A stretch of 64,000 bases of DNA from Actinomycetes bacterium (GCA_021818025.1 JAKAFH010000002.1:15878-79877), one strand, 5' to 3'; counted from the first letter of the stretch, positions 1-10,785 are shown. A program made the numbers and translations. Notes: a model not told the origin generated them from the sequence alone.

Positions 1-42
1 GCGTTGGCACGCTGTCGCTCGTCGGCTACACTGGTCGCTGAC

Positions 43-118
43 GCGGACGTAGCTCAGTTGGTAGAGCGCGACCTTGCCAAGGTCGAGGTCGCCGGTTCGA
101 GCCCGGTCGTCCGCTCCA
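43..118 (+). tRNA. tRNA-Gly (anticodon GCC), 3' CCA encoded
   Basis: Cloverleaf read by eye. Acceptor GCGGACG/CGTCCGC; D arm GCTC-AGTTGGTA-GAGC; anticodon arm CGACC-TTGCCAA-GGTCG; T arm GCCGG-TTCGAGC-CCGGT; discriminator T then CCA. Confidence 0.9.
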
Positions 119-269
119 GACAGGATTTCGGTCACGATGCCGGTGGCGCACGGGGAAACGATGACCCCCTCGGCCCCGTGGTGGCGACGAGAGTCGATTT
201 CGGGTATCGCGCAAATCGATGAACAGGTCTCGACGTGACCTGCCACACTTGGGTTGACCAAGGAGCGGC

Positions 270-1523
270 ATGCAAATCGTTGGCGCAGAAGAGATTGAAC
301 GCCGGGTCGCGTCGCTCGGGATCGTCGAACCGCGCGTCGTGGTTTCGGGAAACTTCGCGACACCCTGGACGTTGCTCGGGATCGTCGATCGGGCGCTGGA
401 GCGTTACCGGGCCTTCGTGCTCAACCCACAGCGTGGCTGGCCACACCGTGAGGGATTGATTACGGAGTCGCCATTCGTCGGCGAGGGCGCCCGAGGGTCC
501 GAGGACGTCGAATTCCTGCCCATGCGCCTATCGCTCGTGCCGAGGCTCTTCGCGACGTCGCGCCCCCCCGACGTGGTGCTCGTGCAATCCTCCGCGCCCC
601 ATCGGGGCCGGATCTCGCTCGGCATCGAAGTGAACATTCTGCCCGCGGCGATTCACGAGGTAAAACGGCGGGGTGGGCTGGTGATCGCCCAGGTAAACGC
701 GCAGATGCCCTACACCATGGGTGATGGCGAGATCGACCTCGAGCTGGTCGACCTGGCCCTGGAGGTCGACGAGGCACTTCCGTCGCCATCGGCCCGGGTC
801 GTCGACGAAGCGGCGGCGGCCATCGGCGAGCACATCGCGTCCCTCGCGAGCGACGGCACGACGCTGCAGATGGGTATTGGCCTGTTGCCCGATGCGGCGC
901 TGACGTTTATGCACGGTCGCCGGCACCTTGGCGTCTGGTCCGAGATGATCAGCGATGGCGTGATGGGCTTGGACCGGTCCGGCAGTATCGATCCCGATCG
1001 CGTCATCACCACCACCTTCTTGTATGGCACGCCCGACCTCTACCGGTGGGTCCATCGCAATCCCCGGGTGGTTATGCGACGGACCGAGGTCGCGAACAAT
1101 CCGGCGCGCATCGCCGAGCAGGCCGGCATGCTGTCGATAAACACCGCGCTCGAGGTCGATCTCTTCGCCCAGGCCAACGCCAGCTACGTGCGCGGTGCGG
1201 TCTACTCGGGTTTTGGCGGTCAGCCTGACTTCGTGAGCGGCGCTTTGCATTCCCGCGGCGGACAGGCGGTCTTGGCGTTGCGATCCTGGCACGAGAAGTC
1301 GGACCAGTCGACGATCGTGCCACTGCTGACCAGTCCGGTGTGCTCCTTCCAGCACAGCGCCATCATCACCGAGCAGGGCATCGCCTCGATCTTCGGTCAG
1401 AGCCAGTGCGACCAGGCTTCGGCCATCATCGCGTGCGCGGCGAATCCGCGGGCCCGTGATTCGCTGATCGAGTCGGCGAAGGCCATGGGAATTCTGCGCC
1501 AACGTCACCTGGGTGTTGCCTAG
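270..1523 (+). CDS. acetyl-CoA hydrolase/transferase family protein
   Basis: 417-aa ORF with AAGGAG just upstream of the ATG. GIGLLPDAAL and GFGGQPDFVSGA resemble the acetyl-CoA hydrolase / 4-hydroxybutyrate CoA-transferase family. Confidence 0.75.
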   Translation: MQIVGAEEIERRVASLGIVEPRVVVSGNFATPWTLLGIVDRALERYRAFVLNPQRGWPHREGLITESPFVGEGARGSEDVEFLPMRLSLVPRLFATSRPPDVVLVQSSAPHRGRISLGIEVNILPAAIHEVKRRGGLVIAQVNAQMPYTMGDGEIDLELVDLALEVDEALPSPSARVVDEAAAAIGEHIASLASDGTTLQMGIGLLPDAALTFMHGRRHLGVWSEMISDGVMGLDRSGSIDPDRVITTTFLYGTPDLYRWVHRNPRVVMRRTEVANNPARIAEQAGMLSINTALEVDLFAQANASYVRGAVYSGFGGQPDFVSGALHSRGGQAVLALRSWHEKSDQSTIVPLLTSPVCSFQHSAIITEQGIASIFGQSQCDQASAIIACAANPRARDSLIESAKAMGILRQRHLGVA

Positions 1524-1543
1524 GCTGCACGCGAGGAGGCTCC

Positions 1544-2473
1544 ATGATTGACCCGGCACTGCAGCAGTACGTGGACGACATACGCGCGAATCCGGCGCCG
1601 CACCCCTCGACGGTCGACATACAGCGACGGCGGGCCGCGTACCGCGAAGGGGCGACCGCGCTCTGGCCAGAACCCGTCGCGCTCGCCGAGGTCCGCGAGT
1701 GCGCCCTCGACCTGCCTGGTCGGACGGTCGCGGGCCGGCTCTACGTTCCCACCGCGGACGAATCACGAGGCTTCGTGCTCTACTTCCACGGTGGTTCCTT
1801 CGTGGTCGGCGACCTCGAGACCCACGATGGCGTCTGTCGGCGTCTCGCGGTCGACACCGGCATGCGCTTCCTCGCGATCGACTATCGACTCGCGCCCGAG
1901 CACCCGTTCCCGGCCGGTCTGGACGACGTCGTGGAGGCGCTGCGCTACGTGGCTGGGCATCGCGCCGAGTTCGGCGATCCGGGAGCGACGTTGTTCGTCA
2001 TGGGTGATTCCGCAGGGGCGACCCTGGCCACGGTGGCCGCGACGCTCACGCGGCACGAGGGCCTGGGCGTCGGTGCCCAGGTACTGCTCTACCCGACGCT
2101 CGGACCCGAGATGCTCACGGACTCGGCGCACGACTACGGCACCGGCTTTTGGCTGGAGCTCGACCACCTGCGCTACGACTACGGCCAGTACCTCGCTGGC
2201 GCGGACCACACCGACCCGCGCGTCTCGCCCCTGCTTGGCACCGATCTCGCGGACTCGCCACCCGCGATCGTCGTGGTGGCGTCGTGCGACCCGTTACGCG
2301 ACGAGGCCGTGGCGTACGCGGGTCTGCTCGAGCACTACGGCGTGCCCGTCGAACTCCTCGAAGCAAAGGGGATGATCCACGGGTTCATCCGTCTCGGCGG
2401 GACCTTCCCCGAGGCGCTGGCCATCGTCGACGACCTGGCGGAACATATGCACCGGCTCGTCGAGCGTTCGTGA
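1544..2473 (+). CDS. alpha/beta hydrolase, hormone-sensitive-lipase-type esterase
   Basis: 309 aa, GAGGAGG SD. Oxyanion motif HGGSF, nucleophile elbow GDSAGA, then DPLRDE and HGF (catalytic Asp/His region). Confidence 0.8.
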   Translation: MIDPALQQYVDDIRANPAPHPSTVDIQRRRAAYREGATALWPEPVALAEVRECALDLPGRTVAGRLYVPTADESRGFVLYFHGGSFVVGDLETHDGVCRRLAVDTGMRFLAIDYRLAPEHPFPAGLDDVVEALRYVAGHRAEFGDPGATLFVMGDSAGATLATVAATLTRHEGLGVGAQVLLYPTLGPEMLTDSAHDYGTGFWLELDHLRYDYGQYLAGADHTDPRVSPLLGTDLADSPPAIVVVASCDPLRDEAVAYAGLLEHYGVPVELLEAKGMIHGFIRLGGTFPEALAIVDDLAEHMHRLVERS

Positions 2474-3909
2474 ACGTCCTCTTCGTCACGCTTGATCAGT
2501 TCCGAGGCGACACCCTTGGTGTGGCCGGCCACCCCCTCGTCCAGACGCCGACGCTCGACCGCATAGCCCGCGAGGGCGTTCGCTTCAGTCGCCACTACTC
2601 CCAGGCCGCCCCGTGCGCGCCCGGACGGGCGGCACTCTACACCGGCACGTACCAGATGAACAACCGCGTGGTGGCCAACGGCACGCCCTTGGGCGCGCAC
2701 GCCGCCAGCGTCGCCAGCGTGGCGCGCCAGGCGGGCTACGACCCCACGCTCTTCGGCTACACCGACCAGGGCCTCGATCCCCGAGCAGCTGAGGGCTCGG
2801 ACGATCCGCGACTCGATGACTACGACGGTGTGCTGCCCGGGCTCTCGGTTGGTCTGTACCTGCCCGAGAGTCAGGCCGGGTGGATCCAGTACCTGCGGGC
2901 CAAGGGCTACGACGTCCCCAGTGGATGGGCGCCCGCCCTGCGCGGCGAGCCCGACCGCCACGAAGACGACTCCCTGAGCGGCTTTCTCACGACGCGCTTT
3001 CTCCAGTGGCTCGGCCATCAAGACTCGGGGTGGTTCGCGCACCTCAGCTACCTACGACCCCATCCCCCCTACGCGGCCGCGGGGCGCTACGCCTCGATGT
3101 ACGACCCCGACGACGTCGAGCTCCCGATCGCACCCGCTGACGTTGACCGTCACCCACTCCACGAGGCGGCCCTGTCCATCGAGGAGAGCGCGGCACCGAC
3201 CACGGAAGGTGCGATGCGCCACCTGCGAGCCCAGTACTACGGCATGATCAGCGAGGTCGACGCGCAGCTCGGTCGAGTCCTGCGTGCGATCGAGGATCGG
3301 GGCGAGTGGTCCGACACTGTCGTGATCGTGACCTCGGACCACGGGGACCAACTCGGCGACCACGGACTCATCCAGAAGTTGGGCTTCTTCCCGCAGAGCT
3401 ATCACGTGATCGGACTGTGGCGCGATCCGCGGCGCCGCGCCCCGGGATTCACCGTCGACCGCTTCACGGAGAACGTCGACATTCTGCCCACGCTGGCCGA
3501 CACGCTCGGCGTCGAGACGCCCGCCCGATGCGATGGCCGATCACTCGTGCCACTGCTCGACGGACTCGACGTACCGTGGCGCAGCGCCGCGCACTACGAG
3601 TGGGACTATCGCTACCTGTTCATTGGTGAGACCCAGGACCAGTGGCCCCGCAACCGGTCGCTCTCACGACGAAACCTGGCGGTTTCGGTGAGCGACGACG
3701 CGGCCTACGTGCAATTTGGCGATGGCAGCTATCGCTGTTTCGACCTCCTCGCCGATCCGACGTGGCGCACGCCGTGTCGAGACACCGCGCGAGTACTGGC
3801 CGCCGCCCAGGAGCAACTGGTCTGGCGCCAAGAACACTTGGATCGGGATCTGACGGACATGGTTCTCGGACGCGAACGCTTGGGTCGATGGCCGCTGGCC
3901 ACTCCGTGA
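2470..3909 (+). CDS. sulfatase (Cys-type formylglycine motif), no signal peptide
   Basis: GTG at 2470 overlaps the esterase stop (GTGA). The N-terminus VNVLFVTLDQFRGD starts directly with the metal-binding region. CAPGR (C-x-P-x-R) and TSDHGD motifs are present. The part of the 2149 track ORF upstream of 2470 is an Arg-rich overlap artefact. Confidence 0.8.
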   Translation: MNVLFVTLDQFRGDTLGVAGHPLVQTPTLDRIAREGVRFSRHYSQAAPCAPGRAALYTGTYQMNNRVVANGTPLGAHAASVASVARQAGYDPTLFGYTDQGLDPRAAEGSDDPRLDDYDGVLPGLSVGLYLPESQAGWIQYLRAKGYDVPSGWAPALRGEPDRHEDDSLSGFLTTRFLQWLGHQDSGWFAHLSYLRPHPPYAAAGRYASMYDPDDVELPIAPADVDRHPLHEAALSIEESAAPTTEGAMRHLRAQYYGMISEVDAQLGRVLRAIEDRGEWSDTVVIVTSDHGDQLGDHGLIQKLGFFPQSYHVIGLWRDPRRRAPGFTVDRFTENVDILPTLADTLGVETPARCDGRSLVPLLDGLDVPWRSAAHYEWDYRYLFIGETQDQWPRNRSLSRRNLAVSVSDDAAYVQFGDGSYRCFDLLADPTWRTPCRDTARVLAAAQEQLVWRQEHLDRDLTDMVLGRERLGRWPLATP

Positions 3910-4107
3910 TGGTCTGATCAGGTGGACAACCAGCGCGACCAGGAGTGTTGACACTTCGTTCGGTGTCAGGCCGCGGTCCCGCCGCCGACGGCGAACTGAC
4001 CGAGCCCGACCCCGGAGTCGGGCTGGCGCCCGACCCCCCGTCGGCCGGGCCAATCTGATATCAATAACGGTTGCGTCACAACGACGTAACACAGTGAGGG
4101 AGATTTC

Positions 4108-4989
4108 ATGCAGCGGATTTCACGCGTGCGTCAAGCACTGGCCACGGTGGGCGTCACGACGCTCGTCTTGGCCTCCAGCGCAGTCGCGGGAGCGGCCCCG
4201 ACCGGCCACTACAACGCCGCAGCCGCCAAACTGGTACCCGCGGCGTACAAGGGCAAGGTGTTGCAGGTCGCCACCGACGCCACCTACGCACCCGACGAGT
4301 ACATGAGCGGCACCAAGATGGTTGGCTTCGACGTGCAGCTGATCAACGCGATTGCGACCACGCTCGGCTTGAAGGTGAACGAGAACAACGTGACCTTCGA
4401 CAACATCATCGCCGGCATCAAGTCGGGCCACTACGTCATTGGCAACTCGTCGTTCACTGACACCAAGGCCCGCGAGGCCCAGGTGAACTTCGTCGACTAC
4501 TTCCAAGCCGGCGAGGGCGTCTACGCGAAGTCCTCGTCAACGCTGGGCTTCGCTGGATTGAAGAGCTTCTGCGGTCACAGCGTCGCGGTCGAGACCGGCA
4601 CGGTTGAGCAGACCGACGCCCAGACCACGGCCAAGAGCTGCCCGGCGACCAAGAAGCTGAGCGTCCTGACCTTCTCAACCCAGACCGAGGCGAACGTCGC
4701 AGTCTCGTCGGGACACGCCCAGTTCGGCTTCGCCGACAGCCAGATCGCCGGCTACATCGTGGCGACGTCGAAGGGTGCCTTCAAGCTCGTCGGCAAGGCG
4801 GTCAACGTTGCGCCGTATGGCATCGCGACGCCCAAGACCGCTGCCGGACACCAGCTCGCCCTGGCCATCCAGGCCGCGCTGAAGGTCCTGATCGCCAACG
4901 GCACGTACCACGCGATCCTGACCAGTTTCGGTGTCCAGGCCGGGGCGCTGCCCGTCGGTCGCATCCAGCTCAACGGAGCGACGTCGTAA
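4108..4989 (+). CDS. amino-acid ABC transporter substrate-binding protein (family 3 SBP)
   Basis: 293 aa, GAGGGAG SD, N-terminal signal peptide (TLVLASSAVAGAAP). Overall similarity to polar amino-acid binding proteins; permease and ATPase genes lie downstream. Confidence 0.75.
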   Translation: MQRISRVRQALATVGVTTLVLASSAVAGAAPTGHYNAAAAKLVPAAYKGKVLQVATDATYAPDEYMSGTKMVGFDVQLINAIATTLGLKVNENNVTFDNIIAGIKSGHYVIGNSSFTDTKAREAQVNFVDYFQAGEGVYAKSSSTLGFAGLKSFCGHSVAVETGTVEQTDAQTTAKSCPATKKLSVLTFSTQTEANVAVSSGHAQFGFADSQIAGYIVATSKGAFKLVGKAVNVAPYGIATPKTAAGHQLALAIQAALKVLIANGTYHAILTSFGVQAGALPVGRIQLNGATS

Positions 4990-5074
4990 GCGCACGCGCA
5001 CGCGTCGGGAAGTGCAGCGCGCGGCGGCGACCTAGCCGCAGCGAGTTGCGACCCTGACCCGTTGATGATTTATC

Positions 5075-5107
5075 GAAGCGGCGGCTCCCGGTGGGGGCCG
5101 CCGCTTC
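5075..5107 (+). terminator. intrinsic-terminator-like hairpin after the SBP gene
   Basis: Perfect 11-bp stem GAAGCGGCGGC / GCCGCCGCTTC with an 11-nt loop, 86 nt after the SBP stop. No T-tract follows, which is common in high-GC actinobacteria. Confidence 0.5.
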
Positions 5108-5424
5108 GCGTCGTCAGTCGTGCGGTGACCTTGACCGCACGCCCTGCGGTGACGATTGGGTAGGTTCGCGAGTCCTGCGCGCACTGGTCGACGGCGGCCT
5201 ACCACCATGCTGTTCGGACCGGTCCGAGAGGGCCGTCACCGTCGCCGGTCGCGCTCTGCGATGCGCTCGTCCTGCTCTTGAGACGCCCATCGACGCTGCT
5301 GGCGCCCACGTGGTTGTCGGCGCCTGGACGAGGTCCGCAGTTGTCGACTCGGCAAGTTCGCCGCAACATTTTTGGTCCGAGTGGACAGATCTGGTCCCTC
5401 GGCGATTGTGTTAGAAACGTGACC

Positions 5425-6434
5425 ATGACTTCAGGTGGGGGAGGAGCGGTGAAGGTCGTGCCCGTCCGGCATACCGGACGGTGGATTGCCGGAGCGGTGA
5501 TGGCTGTCATCGTGGCAATGCTGGTGCACACCTTGTTCTCGAAAGTGGGAACGGGACAGACGTCGTGTCACACCGTCAACGGTGTTCGGTCGTGTCACCC
5601 GGTTGTCAACTGGCGATTCAGTTGGAACATCGTGTTCCACTACTTCACGTCCTCAGAGATCCTCCACGGGCTGGTCCTGACGATCGAATTGACGATCCTC
5701 GCAATGGTGATTGGCATCGTGCTCGGCATCTCGATCGCCATCATGCGGCTGTCGCCGAACCGGCTGCTCTCGTCCACCGCCTGGAGCTACACGTGGTTCT
5801 TCCGGGGCACCCCGGTGTACGTGCAGCTGCTGTTCTGGTTCAACATCTCGGCCATCTACCAGACGCTGTCCATCGGCGTGCCGTTCCTCCACGTGACCTT
5901 CCTGCACATCAACGCCGTGGCCCTCTTTACGCCGTTCCGGGCGGCCCTGATCGGACTGGGCCTGAACGAGGGTGCCTACATGTCCGAGATCGCGCGCTCG
6001 GGCCTCATCGCGGTCGACGAGGGTCAGATCGAGGCGGCGAGCTCGCTCGGCATGACCCGGGGCCAGAGCCTGCGCCTCGTGGTGCTGCCCCAGGCCATGC
6101 GCGTCATCATTCCGCCAACGGGCAACGAGGTCATCTCGATGCTGAAGACCACCTCGCTCACCAGCGCGATCTCGGTGGTGGAAGTGCTCGGCGCCGCCCA
6201 GAACATCTACGCCGCGAACTACGAGGTCATGCCGCTGCTGATCACCGCGAGCATTTGGTACCTCATCATCACGACCGTTCTGTCGATCGGCCAGTTCTAC
6301 CTCGAGCGGCACTTCGCACGCGGGGCGCAACGAACGCCACCACCGACCCCCATCGCCCGCCTCCGGGAGGACGCGAAGGGAATCATGGCGAAGTTCCGCA
6401 CGCCCCGACCCGCGATGACCCGTGAGGTGGCGGC

Positions 6435-6438
<4 letters not shown>
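5425..6438 (+). CDS. amino-acid ABC transporter permease
   Basis: Multi-TM protein of the polar amino-acid permease type ([44 protein letters not shown]). Start set at ATG 5425; GTG 5419 is an alternative. The track ORF from 5278 has a non-membrane leader. Confidence 0.75.
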
Positions 6439-7219
<781 letters not shown>

Positions 7220-7220
<1 letters not shown>

Positions 7221-8383
7221 TGCGCTGGGAGATTCACGAGTCAAACGTCGGGACGGGACTACCCCTGGAGGGCTTGCGGGTGCTGGACTTCTCGCGGGTG
7301 CTCGCGGGACCGCTCTGTGCGATGATCGCGGGCGATCTCGGCGCCGACGTCGTCAAGGTCGAAGGACCCGACGGCGACCCGGTTCGCGCATTGGCCCCGC
7401 CCCGGCTCGGCGACGATGCGACCTACTACCTCGCCGTCAACCGCCACCGCCGAAACGTGGTAGCGGACTTGCGCAATCCGCTGCACGCTGCCGCCATCAT
7501 CGACTTGGTCCGTCAGGCCGACGCGGTCGTCGAGAACTACCTGCCCAATCAGCTCGCGGCGCTGGACATCGCCCGTCTCAAGGCGGCGAACCCGGACTGC
7601 GTCTGGGTGAGCGTGACGCCCGCCACATCGGGCGGACCGGTGGCCGCGCAGCCATCCTTCGACCTGTTGGCTCAGGCGCGATCGGGCCTGATGGGCGTGA
7701 CGGGTCGCAGCGACGGCGATCCCACCAAGGTGGGCTCACCGCTCGCCGACGTGGTCACCGGCCTCTACGCGACGATCGGTCTCCTCACTGGCCTCTACGC
7801 CCGCGCCGTCGGGCGCGGCGCACGACGCTTCGAGGCGCCGCTGCTCGAGTCGACGATGTCGGCGTTGATCAACCAGGCGCAGGGCTACCTGTCCACCGGG
7901 GTCAACCCGAAGCGACTGGGCAACGATCATCCGAGCATCGCACCCTACGGGCCGGTGAAGACGGCCGATGGCTACGTCCTGCTCGCGGTGGGCACCGATG
8001 GTCAGTACGAGCGCCTCGTCGCGATGCTCGACGACGACGGGCTTCGTGCACACACGGAGTGGTCGACGAACGCCGCGCGCGTGGCCAATCTCGGGGCACT
8101 CCGCGCGGCGCTCGACGAGATCTTTTCCTCTGAGCCGACCGACTACTGGCTCGGGCGACTCGCGTCGTCCGGGGTGCCGCACGGGCCGATCTTTGACGTC
8201 GCGGGCGCATTCGCGCAGCCCCAGATCGCCGACGGCGACTTCGTGGGGATGATGGACACGCCGGCGGGGCCGACGAGGGTCATGCGTTCGCCGCTGCTGG
8301 TCGACGGCGCGCGACCGCCCGTGCGACGGGGTCCGCGCCGACTGGGCGAGGACACGGCCGAACTACTCGGCGACCTCGGATAG
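7220..8383 (+). CDS. CoA-transferase family III (CaiB/BaiF-type)
   Basis: 387 aa. The N-terminal LEGLRVLDFSRVLAGPLCAMIAGDLGADVVKVE is the family III signature region. The GTG overlaps the upstream TAG by 1 nt. Confidence 0.8.
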
Positions 8384-9064
8384 CGCCGGGCCGTCAAAGG
8401 CGTCCACCGTGGTAAAGGCCGCGACGGGCTGGCGCGTCAGCTTGGTCAGGCGCTGTCGGGGGTAGCCGAGCGCGACGACTGCGGCCACCGCGTGGGTGTC
8501 GGGGATCCGCAACGCACTGAGCAGTGCCGGCTCGTTGCGGGTGGCGACGGTGGTCATGACGCCGCCGAGGTCGAATTCGCGCGCGGCGAGCAGGATGTTC
8601 CAGACGAACGGGTAGACCGACGCGCCGCCGATGAACTGGTAGCGCTCGAGGTCGCGATCCGTGGCGGCGAGCAATGAGAGGTCGGCGCAGACGACGAGCA
8701 TCACCGGAACGGCGTCCAGAGTTTCGGGGAACCCGTCGGGCCGCGAAGCGCGCACGGCGTCGTCGTACCGGCTCAGGGCCGCCGCCCGGTCCGCCGGAGT
8801 GGCCACGGGCGAGAAGGGTACGACGCCCGCGAGGACGTGCGCGACGTAGACGTGCCACGCGTCGAGGTAGATGTCGCGAATCGTGCGCCGGATCGACGGG
8901 TCGCGGATCACGATGACGTGCCAGGACTGGCGATTGCCACCCGACGGTGCGAATCGGGCGGCGTCGAGGATCGCGCTGATCGTGGCCTCCGAAACCGACT
9001 CGTCGGTGAACGCGCGAACCGCTCCGGTCGTTCGCATCGCGTCGAGGAGTTCCATGGCGCCCAC
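8363..9064 (-). CDS. nitroreductase family protein
   Basis: 233 aa. RFAPSGGNRQSWH and the overall pattern fit FMN nitroreductases. Start at GTG 9064 or ATG 9055. Confidence 0.7.
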   Translation of the reverse strand: MGAMELLDAMRTTGAVRAFTDESVSEATISAILDAARFAPSGGNRQSWHVIVIRDPSIRRTIRDIYLDAWHVYVAHVLAGVVPFSPVATPADRAAALSRYDDAVRASRPDGFPETLDAVPVMLVVCADLSLLAATDRDLERYQFIGGASVYPFVWNILLAAREFDLGGVMTTVATRNEPALLSALRIPDTHAVAAVVALGYPRQRLTKLTRQPVAAFTTVDAFDGPALSEVAE

Positions 9065-9089
9065 CCTATAGTCGGGCTTCGCGCGGCGC

Positions 9090-9872
9090 TCAGGCGTCGC
9101 GGCGCACGAGCGTCACGGTGCTGAGGACGACGACGCACACGACATAACTCGCTAGAACGAGGGTCGCGGTCCACGCCCCGAACATGTCGAGCGAGGGCGT
9201 GACCGACATCATCGCGTGCCCGAGCGATGACGGTTCGTAGCGGGTGACCGACGTCTGCCAGCTTTGAGGCAGGACGAAGACGATGATCGGCACTATGAGC
9301 AGCAGCGACGTGAAGACGCTGATGGCGGCCGACTGCTGGCGTAACAGGAGGCCGAGTCCGAAGCCGAGGGTGGCGAGCAGCGTGAGGTAGACGCCGCCGA
9401 GGATGACTGAGCGCAACACTGCGCCCGAGGCCAGCGACGCCGTGGGAACCACGCCCTCGTAGATGCGCTGGCCCATGAGGAACGCCGCGAAGACGACGAC
9501 CTCGGCCACCACCGCGGTAACGCTCACGAGCACGATCAGCTTGGCGACCACGACTTGGACGCGCCGCGGGGTCGCGGCCAATGTCGTGCGGATCGACCCA
9601 GAGGAGTACTCGCTGGTGATGAACATGATGCCGATGACGCCTACGGCGAACTGGGCGAAGAGGGTCCCGCCGAGGCTCGTCGACACGGGGTCGAAGGTCA
9701 GCTTGCGCAAGGGTTCCATCGTCTGCCAATGACCGCGAATGGCCGATGTGATGAGCGCGCCGAGGCCGAGGGTCAGCACGACGGTCACGACGTAGCCGAC
9801 GATGGTGGAGCGAACCGTGCGGAACTTGATCCACTCGGCGTGCGTGACCGACGCGACGGTGACGCTATCCAT
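9090..9872 (-). CDS. ABC-2 type transporter permease
   Basis: About 6 TM segments. ATG 9872 overlaps the stop of the upstream ATPase by 8 nt; ATG 9884 is an alternative. The longer track ORF to 9980 is Arg/Ser-rich overlap. Confidence 0.7.
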   Translation of the reverse strand: MDSVTVASVTHAEWIKFRTVRSTIVGYVVTVVLTLGLGALITSAIRGHWQTMEPLRKLTFDPVSTSLGGTLFAQFAVGVIGIMFITSEYSSGSIRTTLAATPRRVQVVVAKLIVLVSVTAVVAEVVVFAAFLMGQRIYEGVVPTASLASGAVLRSVILGGVYLTLLATLGFGLGLLLRQQSAAISVFTSLLLIVPIIVFVLPQSWQTSVTRYEPSSLGHAMMSVTPSLDMFGAWTATLVLASYVVCVVVLSTVTLVRRDA

Positions 9873-10785
9873 GGTTGGTCGCATCCAGCGAGCTGACGTA
9901 CTCGACGTCGTCGGCCGTGAGGTCCATGAACACCTCTTCGAGCGACGCGCGCTGCGGCGTGAGTTCCGTGAGCGCGACACCAGCGGCGAGGGCCGCCTGG
10001 CCGATCGCCTCGGCGCTCGCGCCGCGCACCGTCATCGTCCCGTCGTTGGCGGTGTCCACGGTGTTGCCCGCTGCCTCGAGGACACTGCGCAGGGCTGCGT
10101 TGTCCGCTGAGCGCACGAGGACCGAACCGGCGTCTGACGCGGTGAGCTCGTCGACGGTGCCTTGGGTGATCAGCCGACCCCGGCCGATCACGACGATCTC
10201 ATCGGCGCTCTGGGCCATCTCGCTCATCAAGTGCGAGCTCACGAACACGGTGCGCCCCTCGACCGCGAGGCTTCGAAAGAACGTGCGAATCCACCGGATT
10301 CCCTCGGGGTCCAGGCCGTTGACCGGTTCGTCGAACAGCAGGACCGGCGGATCGCCGAGCAGGGCACCGGCGATGCCGAGCCGCTGGGACATCCCCAACG
10401 AATAACCCCCGACCTTCTTGTCGGCAACCGAGGCGATGCCGGTGAACTCGAGGACTTCGTCGACTCGACTGGTGGGAATCCGGTTGGATACCGCCAGGGC
10501 GAGGAGGTGGTTGCGGGCCGTTCGTCCGGGGTGCACGGCCTTGGCGTCGAGGAGCGCGCCCACTTCGCGCAAGGGCGCCTTCAGCTCCTGGTACCGCTGG
10601 GCGTTGATCGTCACGTGGCCCGAGCTGGGGGCGTCCAGGCCCATGATGACTCGCATGGTGGTGGACTTACCCGATCCATTGGGTCCGAGAAAGCCCGTCA
10701 CTACCCCAGGGCGAACCTCGAAACTGAGGTCGTTCACGGCGAGGGTGTCGCCGTAGCGCTTGGTCAGGTGGTCGACAATTATCAC
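9865..10785 (-). CDS. ABC transporter ATP-binding protein (ABC-2/DrrA-like exporter)
   Basis: Walker A GPNGSGKST, signature YSLGMSQRL, Walker B LLFDEPVNGLD; 306 aa with a C-terminal accessory domain. Confidence 0.85.
   Translation of the reverse strand: MIIVDHLTKRYGDTLAVNDLSFEVRPGVVTGFLGPNGSGKSTTMRVIMGLDAPSSGHVTINAQRYQELKAPLREVGALLDAKAVHPGRTARNHLLALAVSNRIPTSRVDEVLEFTGIASVADKKVGGYSLGMSQRLGIAGALLGDPPVLLFDEPVNGLDPEGIRWIRTFFRSLAVEGRTVFVSSHLMSEMAQSADEIVVIGRGRLITQGTVDELTASDAGSVLVRSADNAALRSVLEAAGNTVDTANDGTMTVRGASAEAIGQAALAAGVALTELTPQRASLEEVFMDLTADDVEYVSSLDATNHG

Noticed and set aside
528-1766. 412-aa ORF antisense to the CoA-transferase gene
   Set aside because: The protein is Arg/Gly/Pro-rich and low-complexity, with no motifs. 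The ORF fully overlaps a well-supported gene on the other strand, which is a typical open antisense frame in high-GC DNA.
2149-2469. 5' extensions of track ORFs before the sulfatase. The same pattern occurs at 51318-51473, 53654-53959, 55570-56001 (minus), 56924-57241, 44320-44598 and 35792-35992 (minus).
   Set aside because: In each case the extension overlaps the upstream gene in another frame and is Arg-rich. Family similarity starts at an internal start codon that overlaps the upstream stop or has an SD or a -10 box.
43-4000. tRNA-Gly as the integration site of a genomic island
   Set aside because: There is no integrase, no direct repeat of the tRNA 3' end that I could find, and no mobility genes. 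The downstream genes are ordinary metabolic genes with a host-like GC-rich appearance.
5091-5414. 107-aa ORF (and minus-strand 5199..5531) in the SBP-permease gap
   Set aside because: No SD or -10 box at the start, Arg/Ala/Cys-rich odd composition, and no motifs. Treated as non-coding; see the finding on the gap.
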